Shown here: positions 8,933 through 19,325 of the stretch, piece by piece
Layout of the letters: the number at the start of each line of letters is the position of its first letter
Numbering within the stretch: the first letter of the stretch is position 1
Origin: a virus
Lineage: Duplodnaviria > Caudoviricetes
Strand: one strand, 5' to 3'
Length of the DNA stretch: 40,825 nucleotides
IMG/VR virus record: IMGVR_UViG_3300025451_000026
Coordinates: 1 to 40,825 of that record
Translations under genes and position numbers: made by a program
Notes under the pieces: generated by a model
Seen by the model: the letters and a program-made list of their open reading frames with translations, nothing else
Databases searched by the model: none
Told to the model about the DNA's origin: nothing

Positions 8933-8975
8933 AAAAAGCCTCCAAAGCTGTAAAGCTAAGGAGGCTTTCTTGTTT
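8933..8975. terminator. Bidirectional rho-independent terminator between the two genome arms
   Basis: aaaaagcctcc...ggaggctttctt stem with inner agct-gtaa-agct hairpin, A-tract on the left and T-rich tail on the right, between convergent genes. Confidence 0.88.
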
Positions 8976-9362
8976 CTATTGAGCAGCTACGCCCTTAGTC
9001 TTCTCAAATGTTCTCAATCCACCTAAGCCAAGCATTCCAAGCAATAGCTGCCAAAGGTTATCATCTAGGCCGGGGAAGATCAGCTCAGGATAGAAGGCTG
9101 TAACGAATGGGCGTATCAGGTATTGATACATCAAAGCAAGTCCACATACCCAGCCTATGAACGGCCTCCAGCCAGCTACGAAGACACTAGAACTAGCTGC
9201 TTCAACCTTATTGATGTCAGTCTGTGCAATCATTGCTGTAAGCTCTCCTGACTGCTGGAGCTTGTACAGTTCAAGTTTAGCTTCAGCGGCCTTCACAGGG
9301 TCAGGGAAGACCTTATCGAAGACCTTTGAAGCTATGCCAAGGAGTAGGTCAGTTACAACCAT
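8976..9362 (-). CDS. Holin (3TM / GTA-release holin family)
   Basis: FVAGWRPFIGWVCG and LLLGMLGLGGLRTFEK motifs; adjacent to the endolysin. Confidence 0.88.
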   Translation of the reverse strand: MVVTDLLLGIASKVFDKVFPDPVKAAEAKLELYKLQQSGELTAMIAQTDINKVEAASSSVFVAGWRPFIGWVCGLALMYQYLIRPFVTAFYPELIFPGLDDNLWQLLLGMLGLGGLRTFEKTKGVAAQ

Positions 9363-9745
9363 TATGGATATACCTTTCTATCTAATTCATAGTGAGGTCC
9401 ATCTCTGAAAGACATCCAATCCCCGCCCCACACAATAGGAACATTAACTGCCACAGCAATCTTTTTGATATACTCAGCCAGTTCAACATACTTATCGAAG
9501 TCCCACGATGCCTTACCGTCAATGATGATACAAACATCTACAGCATTACCTGTTAGATGCCTGCTATTCATTGTCTTGCTCTTACCGTCTTTAAAGAGTT
9601 GCTTCTGACGCTCTAGGCTACGCAAGCCTTCGGTGATTGAGAAGTCATAGGGTGCTTCTCCGATGGCTGCGTAGAAGAGGTCTTGAAGGCTCTTATGGAC
9701 GGTACTTAGGTTAGCTTTACTTTGAAGTCCGAATTGATGGGTCAT
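9362..9745 (-). CDS. Endolysin, M15 L-Ala-D-Glu peptidase family
   Basis: EGLRS.ERQ, SRHLTGNAVD, WGGDW, DGPHYEL; likely start MTHQF at 9745. Confidence 0.92.
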   Translation of the reverse strand: MTHQFGLQSKANLSTVHKSLQDLFYAAIGEAPYDFSITEGLRSLERQKQLFKDGKSKTMNSRHLTGNAVDVCIIIDGKASWDFDKYVELAEYIKKIAVAVNVPIVWGGDWMSFRDGPHYELDRKVYP

Positions 9746-9747
9746 TG

Positions 9748-11241
9748 TTATTGCTCTAGTTGAGGATTCATTCCAGATAACATACCTCGCCATCCATAAC
9801 TTGGCTGTGGTGCTTGTACATTCCCTGAAAGAACATTTGAAATAAGTCCTTTAGTCTGCGCTGTACGAAGATAGTTCTGAAGTTTATCAGCAGTAAACCC
9901 AGCAACAGGGACAGCAGCAGCCAGTGGGTTACTAATAGTACCTGCCAGTGAAGCACCTGCAACAAGTTGACTACGCTGTGGATTAAACTTTGCAGCTAGA
10001 CTAAGGAGAGGGTCAGTTACTCCCCCTTTAGCAACACTCTTAATAGCATTCTGTTCTGCTTCAGAGAATAGAGACATCTTAGACTTATTAGTAGCTAGAT
10101 TAATTAAACCCTTTCGAATCAGTTCACTTTCAGAAGCATTTGGATTTAATTGTTTAACTTCTGCTACATTTAAAACATCGTCCAGCACAGCTGCTTTAGA
10201 CATCGTTCTCCAGTCCTTCCGTGCATTCATCACGCTCTCAACTGCTTTATCTACACCGCCTGTCCCTGACATAATATCTCTACCTGATAATGAGGATAGC
10301 TTCTTGTCAATACCTGAAACAACAATACCAGCCAGCCTACGTTCGTCAGGTGAACCAGTTGATTTAAGAGTTGTTGCCATAGAGCGCATCTTTTCAAGTG
10401 TAGTGAAAGGAACTCTTTGTGTTCCAATGATCTGCTCGTAGTTATCAACCAGTGCATTGATGCGCTGTGTTCCCGGGTCATTTTGAATAAAACCAGCATC
10501 ATCTAAACCACTGCGAATATCTTTGACCATAGATAACGCAGAGGAAGGCTTTACAGTTATTCCCTGTTGTTCCATTTGAGTATATGCACGCTGTGAACGC
10601 TGTTTAATATCTCCAAGTGTTATAGGAGCATTTGGCTTACCTGTTGCTTTATCTATTCCCTTTCCTGTAGCACCCCCAACAACAGCACCTGCTGCCATTC
10701 CAGCAATTGTTGCAGCTAGTGGGCTATCAGTAAGTGAGAGGGCTTCTTCCGCTACTGGCTGTGACAGCGCCCCAGAAACACCTGCTACTGGAATCTGTTT
10801 AGAAAGGTTAGCAGCTAGAGGAGCAACAACACCTCCAATCTGTTTAGCCAGTACCGCTTGTGCGCCTGTGCCTGTCATGGCTCCCATGCCCGCCTGTGCT
10901 GCCCTCTCCATGCCTGTCTCAGCTACAGGCAAACCAGCAGCAGTCATCAGCTCTTGTAAACCTTGGCTGGATGGCTTCATTGTCTGAGAACCTGTTGCAA
11001 GATTAACACCACCTGCTAAGAAGTCTGCCATTGCAGCAGGAACAGAAGTTAATCCTGTAATACCTGCTCGTGTAGCAAGCCCTGCTTGTCTTCCTAATTG
11101 AGAAAGCATAAAAGGTTCTTCTTTAGCAGGGGCTGGAATAGATGGTTGATTTGCCTTAGACAAAGCAGCGCCTATCTCAGCATCAGACATATTATCAGGA
11201 AATTCAATTACATCCTTACCGACCTGTACATATTGTGCCAT
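9748..11241 (-). CDS. Putative internal virion / DNA ejection protein
   Basis: Ala/Gly-rich helical protein with N-terminal EFPD.MS..EI motif, at the end of the tail module. Confidence 0.6.
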   Translation of the reverse strand: MAQYVQVGKDVIEFPDNMSDAEIGAALSKANQPSIPAPAKEEPFMLSQLGRQAGLATRAGITGLTSVPAAMADFLAGGVNLATGSQTMKPSSQGLQELMTAAGLPVAETGMERAAQAGMGAMTGTGAQAVLAKQIGGVVAPLAANLSKQIPVAGVSGALSQPVAEEALSLTDSPLAATIAGMAAGAVVGGATGKGIDKATGKPNAPITLGDIKQRSQRAYTQMEQQGITVKPSSALSMVKDIRSGLDDAGFIQNDPGTQRINALVDNYEQIIGTQRVPFTTLEKMRSMATTLKSTGSPDERRLAGIVVSGIDKKLSSLSGRDIMSGTGGVDKAVESVMNARKDWRTMSKAAVLDDVLNVAEVKQLNPNASESELIRKGLINLATNKSKMSLFSEAEQNAIKSVAKGGVTDPLLSLAAKFNPQRSQLVAGASLAGTISNPLAAAVPVAGFTADKLQNYLRTAQTKGLISNVLSGNVQAPQPSYGWRGMLSGMNPQLEQ

Positions 11242-12456
11242 TTATAGTGCCTCTAGTTTCTGTGTCTGTGGATTCCAGCGTTTAGTAGCAGCAGGTGTGG
11301 CAGGTGTTCCGGGAGTATTAGTTGCTTGTACACGATTACGCGCTGCTTTTAAATCATTTGTAATCTTATTAACTTGAGCATCAAACTCAGCGGGTTTCAT
11401 TTTAGTGCTTAGTGCTCCAACAGCATCAGTAAGTTTCTTACCCTCTACATCTGACAAAGCACCCATTCCTTTAAGTGCCGCTACTTGTGGTAAGAACGAT
11501 TGAGCTTTAAATGTATCAAACTGTGCTGCAAAACCAGCAGCATCTGTACCGGGAATCATAGCCATTGTTGAGCCAGTAAGTTTACCAACTACATCCTTTT
11601 TGCCGGGATGAGATACAATAGCCCCGAGTGTATCTATTGCAGTATCAAAGGAGGCTGTGCGTCCTTGATTAGCCACCTCAGTCGCACGTTGTTTTTCAGC
11701 AGCTTTAGTTTTCAAGTCTTCCAAGCGTTGTTGTTGAAGTTCTTGCTGAATCCCCGTAGAGCCTGCCTTTAACGAGGCAGCTAGAGAAGCAATCTCTTTC
11801 TTACCTTCTACTTGTAATTTAGCAATCTCAAGTTTAGTGGCTCCTTGCTCTCTAGCAGCCTCTACCTTAGCTTCTGCCGCCGCCTTAGCAACGTCAAGAG
11901 CTTGCGTACGAGCAGCTTCTTTATCTGAAGCACCTTGTACAACTGCTAATACCTTGTCTGGACTACCATATTGAGCAACAACAGATACGATCTGCTCTTG
12001 TGTTGGATTAGCACCTAGTTTACTTAGAGCATCTCTTAACTTAACGTCCTGTGCTGCTTTATATTCAATAGCTCCAGCTTCTCCAGTAGTCTTCTTGAGT
12101 TCAGCTTGTTGTTGCTGTAGTTTCTGAAGAGCCTGACCAGCCTGCATAGCTTCAGCACCGTAGCCAGCCTTACGAGCACCTTCTACCATGCCTGTAAGAC
12201 CTGCAACCGTAGTTGGGTCATATTGTTGACTCAATCCACGCAAGAAAGAAGCCTTCTGCATCTCAGGGTCTTGAGCACCCATCAAACCAGCTACTCCAGT
12301 GCCTAGCTGACTAGCTCCTTTATAGATACCGTAAGTAGCCCGTTCAAAAGGGTCAAGTGCGGCATATTTCAAAGCCTGAGCATCTAATGCTGCTGCTCGT
12401 TGAGCATTCAAGCTCTCTGGTGAGACTCCGAAGAGTCCTTGTACAATTTCAGCCAT
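11242..12456 (-). CDS. Putative internal virion / DNA ejection protein
   Basis: Ala/Gln-rich coiled-coil character, LKGMGALSD.EG motif, position. Confidence 0.6.
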   Translation of the reverse strand: MAEIVQGLFGVSPESLNAQRAAALDAQALKYAALDPFERATYGIYKGASQLGTGVAGLMGAQDPEMQKASFLRGLSQQYDPTTVAGLTGMVEGARKAGYGAEAMQAGQALQKLQQQQAELKKTTGEAGAIEYKAAQDVKLRDALSKLGANPTQEQIVSVVAQYGSPDKVLAVVQGASDKEAARTQALDVAKAAAEAKVEAAREQGATKLEIAKLQVEGKKEIASLAASLKAGSTGIQQELQQQRLEDLKTKAAEKQRATEVANQGRTASFDTAIDTLGAIVSHPGKKDVVGKLTGSTMAMIPGTDAAGFAAQFDTFKAQSFLPQVAALKGMGALSDVEGKKLTDAVGALSTKMKPAEFDAQVNKITNDLKAARNRVQATNTPGTPATPAATKRWNPQTQKLEAL

Positions 12457-12458
12457 GA

Positions 12459-13577
12459 TTAAATCCCTTGCTTGTTATTTAGCCACATTCCAGAACCCAT
12501 CGGAGCATCTGTTGATGCTGGGTACGTTATAGGAGTATAGGGTGATTGAAAGCCTGTCATGTTAGTTGGAGTAGGAGTTCCTTTCCACCAGTCACTGATA
12601 GCAGTACCAAGCGCTTGATTATCACCCAAAGACGTAAGACCTGTTCCCCAAGGACTATAAGCATCGGCCTTAGCCTGAGAAGCCGCCGCTAGATTACCTC
12701 CTTGGAACAAAGCATTAGCTGCTGTAGCCCCTGCTGTAGCTGAACGACCACCAAGTTCTGCACTGAGTGTGAGAGGCTGTTGAGCAGCACTCTCAAGTGT
12801 CTGTGCAAGGCCGAACTGTGTCTTATACGGGTTGTAAGCAGCACTCTGAAGGTCTAAGCCAGTACCCATCAAACCAGCACCAAACGTAGCCTGAGCTTGA
12901 CCCATCTGAGTAGCTTGTCCAGCCAGTTGATTCTGTTGGTTAGCTAAGGAGTTATAGTAAGCAGCAAGCTCAGGATTAGCTGACTGGAGATTACCACCTT
13001 GAGCTACAGAGAAGCCACCACGCCCTGTATTCTGAAGTTGTTGCTGTAGGGCTGCATAGGTCTGATCTTGACCGGGCTGTAGAATAGCTTGTTGTTGCTT
13101 CATCCACTGTGCAGCAGCCTCTTGAGGATTGATAGCTGAATACTGTTGACCTAGATTAAACAATCCTTGACCTACTTGAGCATTCGTTCCTGCTTGAGGT
13201 AGAGCAGCACCAGCGCCTGACATCAATTGATTCTGCTGTGCTAGAAGCTCAGGAGACATTGTGTAGCCTTGGCTGGTAAGGTCACCACCCTTCATTGCTC
13301 TCTGCTGATAATCAGCAGAGGCTGCTGCAAATTCTTCAGGTGTCTTATAATCTGCCTGTGTTGGTGCTGCTTCTCCGGGTAGCGTATATCCGAACTGACT
13401 AGAACCGAAGCGAGTAGTGGTTCCGATAGGTTTAAACTTTGCAGCCTCTGCTGCGATACGGGCAGATTCTAGTTGCGCTTGGGCTTGTGTATTTGCAGCA
13501 TTCTGTGCTGCGTTACCTGATATTGAACTTCCGAGCAGTCCCATACCTCCCATAATTCCCGCTGCAATAAGTGGCAT
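12459..13577 (-). CDS. Putative DNA pilot/ejection protein (P22 gp7-like character)
   Basis: Gly-rich hydrophobic N-terminus followed by an Ala/Gln-rich segment; first of three adjacent ejection-type genes. Confidence 0.6.
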   Translation of the reverse strand: MPLIAAGIMGGMGLLGSSISGNAAQNAANTQAQAQLESARIAAEAAKFKPIGTTTRFGSSQFGYTLPGEAAPTQADYKTPEEFAAASADYQQRAMKGGDLTSQGYTMSPELLAQQNQLMSGAGAALPQAGTNAQVGQGLFNLGQQYSAINPQEAAAQWMKQQQAILQPGQDQTYAALQQQLQNTGRGGFSVAQGGNLQSANPELAAYYNSLANQQNQLAGQATQMGQAQATFGAGLMGTGLDLQSAAYNPYKTQFGLAQTLESAAQQPLTLSAELGGRSATAGATAANALFQGGNLAAASQAKADAYSPWGTGLTSLGDNQALGTAISDWWKGTPTPTNMTGFQSPYTPITYPASTDAPMGSGMWLNNKQGI

Positions 13578-13588
13578 ATTATATTCCT

Positions 13589-13894
13589 TTATTCTTTAAT
13601 TAATACACTATCAATCTTCTCTACGTCTGTTTCACTTGTAGCATGAACACAGAACCATACACTATCTTCTAGTGCGTATATAGAATGATTGACATCTTTT
13701 AAGATATTGATACAAGCAGGTGCTACATAATCGACAGTAATATCGTTATCAAACAAAACCCTGACCTTGCCCTTAGCTAAGATGCTTAGGTGGTCATAGG
13801 TGTGTTTATGTTGAACTGCAAAGCACGTTGCAGGTAGTTCAATCTGCTTGGCATATAAGCCATCAGAAAAGTGGTGAAGTGTGTCTAGTTCCAT
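13589..13894 (-). CDS. Cupin-fold protein
   Basis: HHFSDGLYAK, HKHTYDHLSILAKGKV, HSIYALEDSVWFCVH; likely start MELDT at 13894. Confidence 0.8.
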   Translation of the reverse strand: MELDTLHHFSDGLYAKQIELPATCFAVQHKHTYDHLSILAKGKVRVLFDNDITVDYVAPACINILKDVNHSIYALEDSVWFCVHATSETDVEKIDSVLIKE

Positions 13895-13898
13895 AGTT

Positions 13899-14600
13899 TT
13901 AAGCAGACCGGAGCCACATATGGACAACAACATAGGGCTGCAAGTTAGCATTGACTCCAGAGACACCTGTTGCATCTGTAGCTCCACTTAGACTGTGTGT
14001 ATGTGTTCCTACCGGGCTTGTAAGAGCAGTCGGGCCATCCCCACCATTATAACTACGAATAAACTCTTGTGTGGCATTACCTCCAGTACCTGCTGTAGAA
14101 TCTGTTGAGCCAACATAGTGATCGTGCGCCCCTGCTGCTGCCGTGGAACCCGCCCCTAAAGTGTGGGTATGGCTTACAACAACAGAATCTTTACTGCCCC
14201 CTGTCTCACCAAGAGTATCAAAGGAAGCATCTGCACCGTTGATACCTACAAGTACTTTACCTGTGCCGAAAGCAGTCCAAGTACCGAAGCCAATCAAAGT
14301 AGCTGGATTAGTAGCTACAGAGGCATTGGTATAGATAGAACCCACAGGATAGATTAGCTGCAAAGCTGCTGTTACAAAGGCTGTAGTAGCTAGTTGAGGA
14401 GTATTAGTACCATAAGCTGCTGTGGGTGCTGTAGGTGTTCCTGTGAAAGTAGGACTTGTTGTGTCAGCCTTTGTAGCCACCGCAGTTGCAATGTTATTAA
14501 ACTCAGCGTCAATCTCAGTACCTTTAACAATCTTCAAAGGATTGCCCTGTGCTAGAGAATCCTTTGAAGCAAAGTTAGTTGATTTTACATAATTAGTCAT
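13899..14600 (-). CDS. Short tail fibre / needle-type protein with collar-like C-terminal domain
   Basis: DAEFNNIATA anchor, SPTFTGTPTAPT, IYPVGSIY, HTH repeats, NLQPYVVV.MW.R. Confidence 0.75.
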   Translation of the reverse strand: MTNYVKSTNFASKDSLAQGNPLKIVKGTEIDAEFNNIATAVATKADTTSPTFTGTPTAPTAAYGTNTPQLATTAFVTAALQLIYPVGSIYTNASVATNPATLIGFGTWTAFGTGKVLVGINGADASFDTLGETGGSKDSVVVSHTHTLGAGSTAAAGAHDHYVGSTDSTAGTGGNATQEFIRSYNGGDGPTALTSPVGTHTHSLSGATDATGVSGVNANLQPYVVVHMWLRSA

Positions 14601-14602
14601 CG

Positions 14603-16168
14603 TTAAATAATCTTTCCATTTTTAGCTAGAATCTCCAGCTTTTGAATACTAAGAGCAGAACCAGCAATATCACTTTCATATCCCGTTTGAATAACTTTAC
14701 CGCTACCAGAAGGATATGCTACAATAGTTTGTAATGATGTTCCCGGAGAATAATTAGCTATATTATACTCGCTTACTCCATAATAAGCAACCCCTTGTGC
14801 AGGTATTTTAACATTCTGTGCAGAATAATTACCTGTGAAATCATATCCCCACTTAATAGTAACAAACTGATCGCTACCTCCAATAACAACCACAGATAGT
14901 TTCTTCAAGATAGAAGATACTGTTGGGGCACCTAAGTCAGTATGATTAGTGAAATACTGCATACGGTACGAAGATGTATTATCTAGGTAGCCAGTGTATT
15001 TACCTACATAAGCTACCTTGCCAACAAGCATTGAGTTATCTCGTAGCATACAGAATGAAGAAGGTTCCATTCCATCCCAAGTGGTTACCTTTGCAGCACC
15101 GTCTTGTAAAGGACTCCTCATATCGAAGCAGTAGACTGTCTTGAGGATTGGGAGTGTCAACAAGTAGAAACTCTCAAATGGGTTGTAGACGGACTTAATA
15201 GTTGTTAAATTCTCCCCAGCAACTGCATTCATTAAGTCAGTACGCACATTCTTACTCAAGTCCCTGAATGGAGCACTCTTCTCTTGGATGGTACGCATCA
15301 CAGATCGTAGACCAGTGTTAGACAAGAATAAGACATCAGTGCCTGTGTACTGAATAGTATCACGAGCAATACAGCCGATGCCTGTGATTGTGTCTTCTAA
15401 GGTCATTGCAGCCAGAGTAGAAACTGGCCCTGTAATTAAGATGTTAGCGTTGTTATAAATAAGGATGTTATTACGTCCAAAGATAAACAAGTAGTTATTG
15501 TGTGCAGCCATTCCAACTACAGTATCGTTGCCGTTGGGCCATACGGTTGTGGTGTCTAGTGTACCAGCAGAGCCTGAGTTCCACTTATTAGGTGCATTAA
15601 GGTCGCTCCATTGAATGATAGACTTATCGGTAGCTGTGTCAACATTCCAGATACGCCCGAAAGCACTCATACAAAAGTTAGCTTTCTGAATTGTTCCACT
15701 ATAGCCGGGAAGTTCACTTACTCGTCTGTACTGCGTAGTAGAGAGACTAGAATCAAACACCAGAGGGTCATGCCCGATCTGGAATGCAAATGCAGCTCCT
15801 CCTTGTGAACAGATACTCCAGTTGTCTGCTGTAATGACAGGAGCAGTTCCGCCACCACCATAAGTAATCTCAGTCAGTGTACCTGATACTAAACGAAATA
15901 CTTTATTATTACCTGCACACATGACATAGGTTGAACCGTCATCACCAACGTGCTCACCGAGTGTACGAACTGCGAAGCCATCTAAGGCAGCATTGTAGAC
16001 GTGCTGTGGAACCCAGCCCTTACGAGCACCAATGCGTCCATACTGGTCAATGACACAGTTGTTAGCCACTAAAGCAAAGCCAGAAGCTAGGTCTAATGAA
16101 CTATCCTGAGTATTAAGACCATAGAAGCCCGGTGCTGTGATTGAGAATGTTTGTAAAGGTTGTGCCAT
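14603..16168 (-). CDS. Tail nozzle / head-closure (stabilisation) protein
   Basis: 521 aa beta-rich protein with N-terminal GLNT and GIGCIA motif; follows the adaptor gene. Confidence 0.65.
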   Translation of the reverse strand: MAQPLQTFSITAPGFYGLNTQDSSLDLASGFALVANNCVIDQYGRIGARKGWVPQHVYNAALDGFAVRTLGEHVGDDGSTYVMCAGNNKVFRLVSGTLTEITYGGGGTAPVITADNWSICSQGGAAFAFQIGHDPLVFDSSLSTTQYRRVSELPGYSGTIQKANFCMSAFGRIWNVDTATDKSIIQWSDLNAPNKWNSGSAGTLDTTTVWPNGNDTVVGMAAHNNYLFIFGRNNILIYNNANILITGPVSTLAAMTLEDTITGIGCIARDTIQYTGTDVLFLSNTGLRSVMRTIQEKSAPFRDLSKNVRTDLMNAVAGENLTTIKSVYNPFESFYLLTLPILKTVYCFDMRSPLQDGAAKVTTWDGMEPSSFCMLRDNSMLVGKVAYVGKYTGYLDNTSSYRMQYFTNHTDLGAPTVSSILKKLSVVVIGGSDQFVTIKWGYDFTGNYSAQNVKIPAQGVAYYGVSEYNIANYSPGTSLQTIVAYPSGSGKVIQTGYESDIAGSALSIQKLEILAKNGKII

Positions 16169-16171
16169 AGG

Positions 16172-16831
16172 TTATACCCAATTCCATATATCTTCTTCAG
16201 GATAACGACTAGCCTCAATAGCAATAGCATCAGCTAAAGAACTCTTATACATTGAATATGCCTCTGAACTATTAAGTCCACCGTCTTCACCTCGTTCTAC
16301 CAGTGCTCGTGCATAAGCAAGCAACATCACAGGTTCACGGACTACAAACATCCGATCTGCATCAACTACTAAATCAGGCTGCGGGATATAGAGATTAAAG
16401 TATATCTCATACGTTTTATCAGGGACAGGATACAAATCTACTTGTGTATCGCCTGCTGAAGACAGTCCGTTAAAGTTATAGTAATTAGGGATTCCCTGAG
16501 GTGGTACATCAGAGCCTAAGAACAGCTGAGTCATCTCTCTACTGCCTTTAGACGAGAGATAACAGCGTCCTGTCTTGTTATAAATCTCAATTACTTTAAA
16601 GCGAGACTGTGTACCTACCAAGGAATAGTTAAAGATTCCTGCTGTGGTATTTGCTGTTAGGGTAGTTGATAAAGAGTTCCAATTATAGGCATCCTCTACT
16701 TGTCGTTTAGCATCATTAATAAACTTACCGATTACTTTAGAAAGTATATTCTCATTAACAGCCCCTACTGGCGGCTCTCGCAATCTAATGAGCACATCGT
16801 TGACCATATCTAAGAATGTTGGAAGAGCCAT
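16172..16831 (-). CDS. Head-tail adaptor (tail tubular protein A-like)
   Basis: TFLDMVN.VL.RLRE, LYPVPD..Y motifs; size and position. Confidence 0.7.
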   Translation of the reverse strand: MALPTFLDMVNDVLIRLREPPVGAVNENILSKVIGKFINDAKRQVEDAYNWNSLSTTLTANTTAGIFNYSLVGTQSRFKVIEIYNKTGRCYLSSKGSREMTQLFLGSDVPPQGIPNYYNFNGLSSAGDTQVDLYPVPDKTYEIYFNLYIPQPDLVVDADRMFVVREPVMLLAYARALVERGEDGGLNSSEAYSMYKSSLADAIAIEASRYPEEDIWNWV

Positions 16832-16833
16832 GA

Positions 16834-17025
16834 TTATTTCTTACCTTTATTAGTTGCTGTTCGTTGACCGCGCTTAGGTAAGTTCTTAGCCTCGCTGATT
16901 GCAATTGCAACGGCTTGCTTTGGATTAGTCACCACCTTTCCACCTTTACCTGAATGCAGTGTTCCTGTCTTAAACTCGTGCATGACTTTACCTGTCTTAG
17001 CAGCCATCTGTTTCTTTGTAGCCAT
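16834..17025 (-). CDS. Small basic protein, DUF6496-like
   Basis: KVMHEFK.GTLHSGKGG.VV.NPKQAVAIA.SEA; likely start MATKK at 17025. Confidence 0.75.
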   Translation of the reverse strand: MATKKQMAAKTGKVMHEFKTGTLHSGKGGKVVTNPKQAVAIAISEAKNLPKRGQRTATNKGKK

Positions 17026-17026
17026 A

Positions 17027-17260
17027 TTACTTATCCTCTTTCTTTTCAAGTTTATCTTCAATGCGCCTAAGCATGGTGAATAATTCTCCTTGGAAGGATT
17101 TAAACTCATCTTTAGGCATATAGTTCTTCGCTATCTCTTCTCGTAGTCTGTATAGATCATCTTTAAGAACCTGTACTGCTGACCAAAGTTCCCGAGCAAA
17201 CCACCCTGTTACAGAAGCTGCACAGCCGAGGAAGATATTAATTAAGGCTTGTGTTTCCAT
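17027..17260 (-). CDS. Small membrane-anchored coiled-coil protein (possible lysis accessory)
   Basis: N-terminal hydrophobic helix followed by amphipathic helices ending RIEDKLEKKEDK. Confidence 0.6.
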   Translation of the reverse strand: METQALINIFLGCAASVTGWFARELWSAVQVLKDDLYRLREEIAKNYMPKDEFKSFQGELFTMLRRIEDKLEKKEDK

Positions 17261-17261
17261 G

Positions 17262-17546
17262 TTATTCTATGTGCTTTCCAACAGGGTCAAAGTAGTTAAG
17301 CGGGATAGCCATCAGACGAGCTACAGAGCCTCGCCAATCGTCATTGTGAATCAGTCGCTCCAAACGTTTGCTGAATAGGTACTCACCTTTTTGAGGCCAG
17401 TCCCACATCAGCAAAGCAAGCTCTGAGTAGTTCGCCAGTACGTCCAGCAAGGCAGCAATGAAAGTCACTGGAGCCAGTAGCTTCCACCACCCACCACGCT
17501 CGTACTGAATGGCTATGGGGAACAGAAGGGCAAGCAGGATAGTCAT
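17262..17546 (-). CDS. Hypothetical membrane protein
   Basis: Hydrophobic N-terminal half; LDVLAN...FSKRL..DP.GKH pattern. Confidence 0.7.
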   Translation of the reverse strand: MTILLALLFPIAIQYERGGWWKLLAPVTFIAALLDVLANYSELALLMWDWPQKGEYLFSKRLERLIHNDDWRGSVARLMAIPLNYFDPVGKHIE

Positions 17547-17827
17547 TTGGGGTACAGCACTTTAACTGCGAGACAAGCATCTTTGTACGCTTGAATCTGT
17601 GCAGCATCATCCTTCACCAAGCCGTCAATCAGGTCAAGCAATGGTGGATAAGCCGCTGCTCGGAGTTCTTGGTAGGTTGGCGCTGGTGGGATGTCAGCGG
17701 GTTCTGGGGTGTTGCCTTCTGAGAGCCATGCGAGGTAGGCTGCATAGTCTGTGTTGGCTTCGTCAGCGGGAATGCTGGCGCTGTCGGACAGACGAGTGAT
17801 GATGTCGGTATTAGTTAGTTTGTACAT
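17543..17827 (-). CDS. Tail fibre assembly-type protein
   Basis: [21 protein letters not shown] followed by R..AYP...C.AVK..YPK; directly follows a fibre gene. Confidence 0.7.
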   Translation of the reverse strand: MYKLTNTDIITRLSDSASIPADEANTDYAAYLAWLSEGNTPEPADIPPAPTYQELRAAAYPPLLDLIDGLVKDDAAQIQAYKDACLAVKVLYPK

Positions 17828-17828
17828 A

Positions 17829-18782
17829 TCAGAGTTCCGCTGAAAGAAAGCCACTTGAGTTACTAAAATCGTATTGACCTGCTGTACTCGTAGTTACAGC
17901 ATAAGTTACGGATGTCGAGACATAGTTGTACACACCAGAACCAGTAAAACCAGCACCAGTAATCGAAGCCGCTACGGTGGCTGTTGGAGCAGCCCGCATC
18001 TCAACATCAAAATACGCAGTGACATAAGCGGCACCCGATGTAGTTAAATAACCCACAGAGCGGATAAATGGAAAGGGTCTTCCGTATCGTTTACACAACG
18101 CCAACTCAGTGCCATAAGGACGGTAGTCGAAGGATGTGGCTGTGCTGCCTTTTTCTAGCTGCATATCACCAATAGCAAAACTCCTGCTTGTTATGGCCCC
18201 AACAGCATGGGACACCTGAACTGCCAAGCCGTTATTTGCATCACTAGGCCCTAGCGTTACCGTTAACGAAAAGGGTGTTAACACCGCATTCGGAAGCGTC
18301 AAAACGGTAGTTCCACCTATTTGAGTTACGGCATTGAAAATATCTTTTACGGTGGCTTTTGATATGGAAACGGTAGATGTTATTGAAGCACCCGTATCTT
18401 GATAAAGATAACCCGTAAAGGTTACTGCCTTTGAATTTAAATCAAGACAATTTAATGCTTCAATACGTTGCCCAAAAACGATAATTCCTGAACCCGTAGT
18501 AGTAACGCTCGTCAACCACTGGCCATACCCCGAGTTAGTACCAGATAAGGGCGATTGAACAATGCTGCCTGTTACTGTGGTAAATGAAATAGGAGCTACA
18601 AAGATTCGATCAGCACCACCATAAACAATCGTGTTATTGGCGGCTACCACATTACCTCGTTGCGCTACAAGACATGAACCGTTGATAATTCGGTTCTTAA
18701 ACCCAAACCCTGTAGCCGCTGTGTTCTGGCTAGAGGCATCGTTAAACGTGAGGCCGTTCGTGCCGTTAATTGAGATACTCAT
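17829..18782 (-). CDS. Tail fibre-associated protein with carbohydrate-binding-type domain
   Basis: FKNRIING...[41 protein letters not shown]-terminal SAEL. Confidence 0.75.
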   Translation of the reverse strand: MSISINGTNGLTFNDASSQNTAATGFGFKNRIINGSCLVAQRGNVVAANNTIVYGGADRIFVAPISFTTVTGSIVQSPLSGTNSGYGQWLTSVTTTGSGIIVFGQRIEALNCLDLNSKAVTFTGYLYQDTGASITSTVSISKATVKDIFNAVTQIGGTTVLTLPNAVLTPFSLTVTLGPSDANNGLAVQVSHAVGAITSRSFAIGDMQLEKGSTATSFDYRPYGTELALCKRYGRPFPFIRSVGYLTTSGAAYVTAYFDVEMRAAPTATVAASITGAGFTGSGVYNYVSTSVTYAVTTSTAGQYDFSNSSGFLSAEL

Positions 18783-19325
18783 TTATGCGCTCCTTACCAT
18801 TGCTGCTTGGAAATAAGTGTTAGTAGAATTAGCAGATAAAACTTGTGCGGCTCCTGAGTATTGTGATAAATATACTTCAATGAAATCAGTGGAGCCGTTC
18901 ATGTAGACAAGTGCTGTGATAGTTGGGTTGTACCATCCGTTAGCATTGCCAGACCCAGTATTTACCGCCTTAGCTGCTGATAAATTTTTATAGATAGCAA
19001 TGATGGTAGACAGTGTCGCTAAGGCACCATTAAAAAATGCGCCACTTGTTATTTGATAATATCCGGCTACTGTAGGTGTAAACCGATAGTTCGTAGTTGC
19101 ATCAAAACAGGTAGCGGTATCAAATTCTTTTGTTTGAAATTGAAGTTTTGTGGCGGTGGAAGTTGGAATGCTTTGAGCCACACTCTGATAAGCACTAAAG
19201 CAAGGCCCATTAACCGCCATAGTCGCCGTACTAGCAGGCACCGTTATCACAAAATTAGAGGCTGAATTGGTCGCATCTAATGTAACTGACCCGCCGCTTG
19301 CCGTTGATAATTTAATTTGTCCCAT
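18783..19325 (-). CDS. Tail fibre-associated protein with C1q/TNF-like domain
   Basis: P.FSAY, EFDT..CFD, YRFTPTVAGYYQI, MNGSTDFIEVY. Confidence 0.7.
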   Translation of the reverse strand: MGQIKLSTASGGSVTLDATNSASNFVITVPASTATMAVNGPCFSAYQSVAQSIPTSTATKLQFQTKEFDTATCFDATTNYRFTPTVAGYYQITSGAFFNGALATLSTIIAIYKNLSAAKAVNTGSGNANGWYNPTITALVYMNGSTDFIEVYLSQYSGAAQVLSANSTNTYFQAAMVRSA

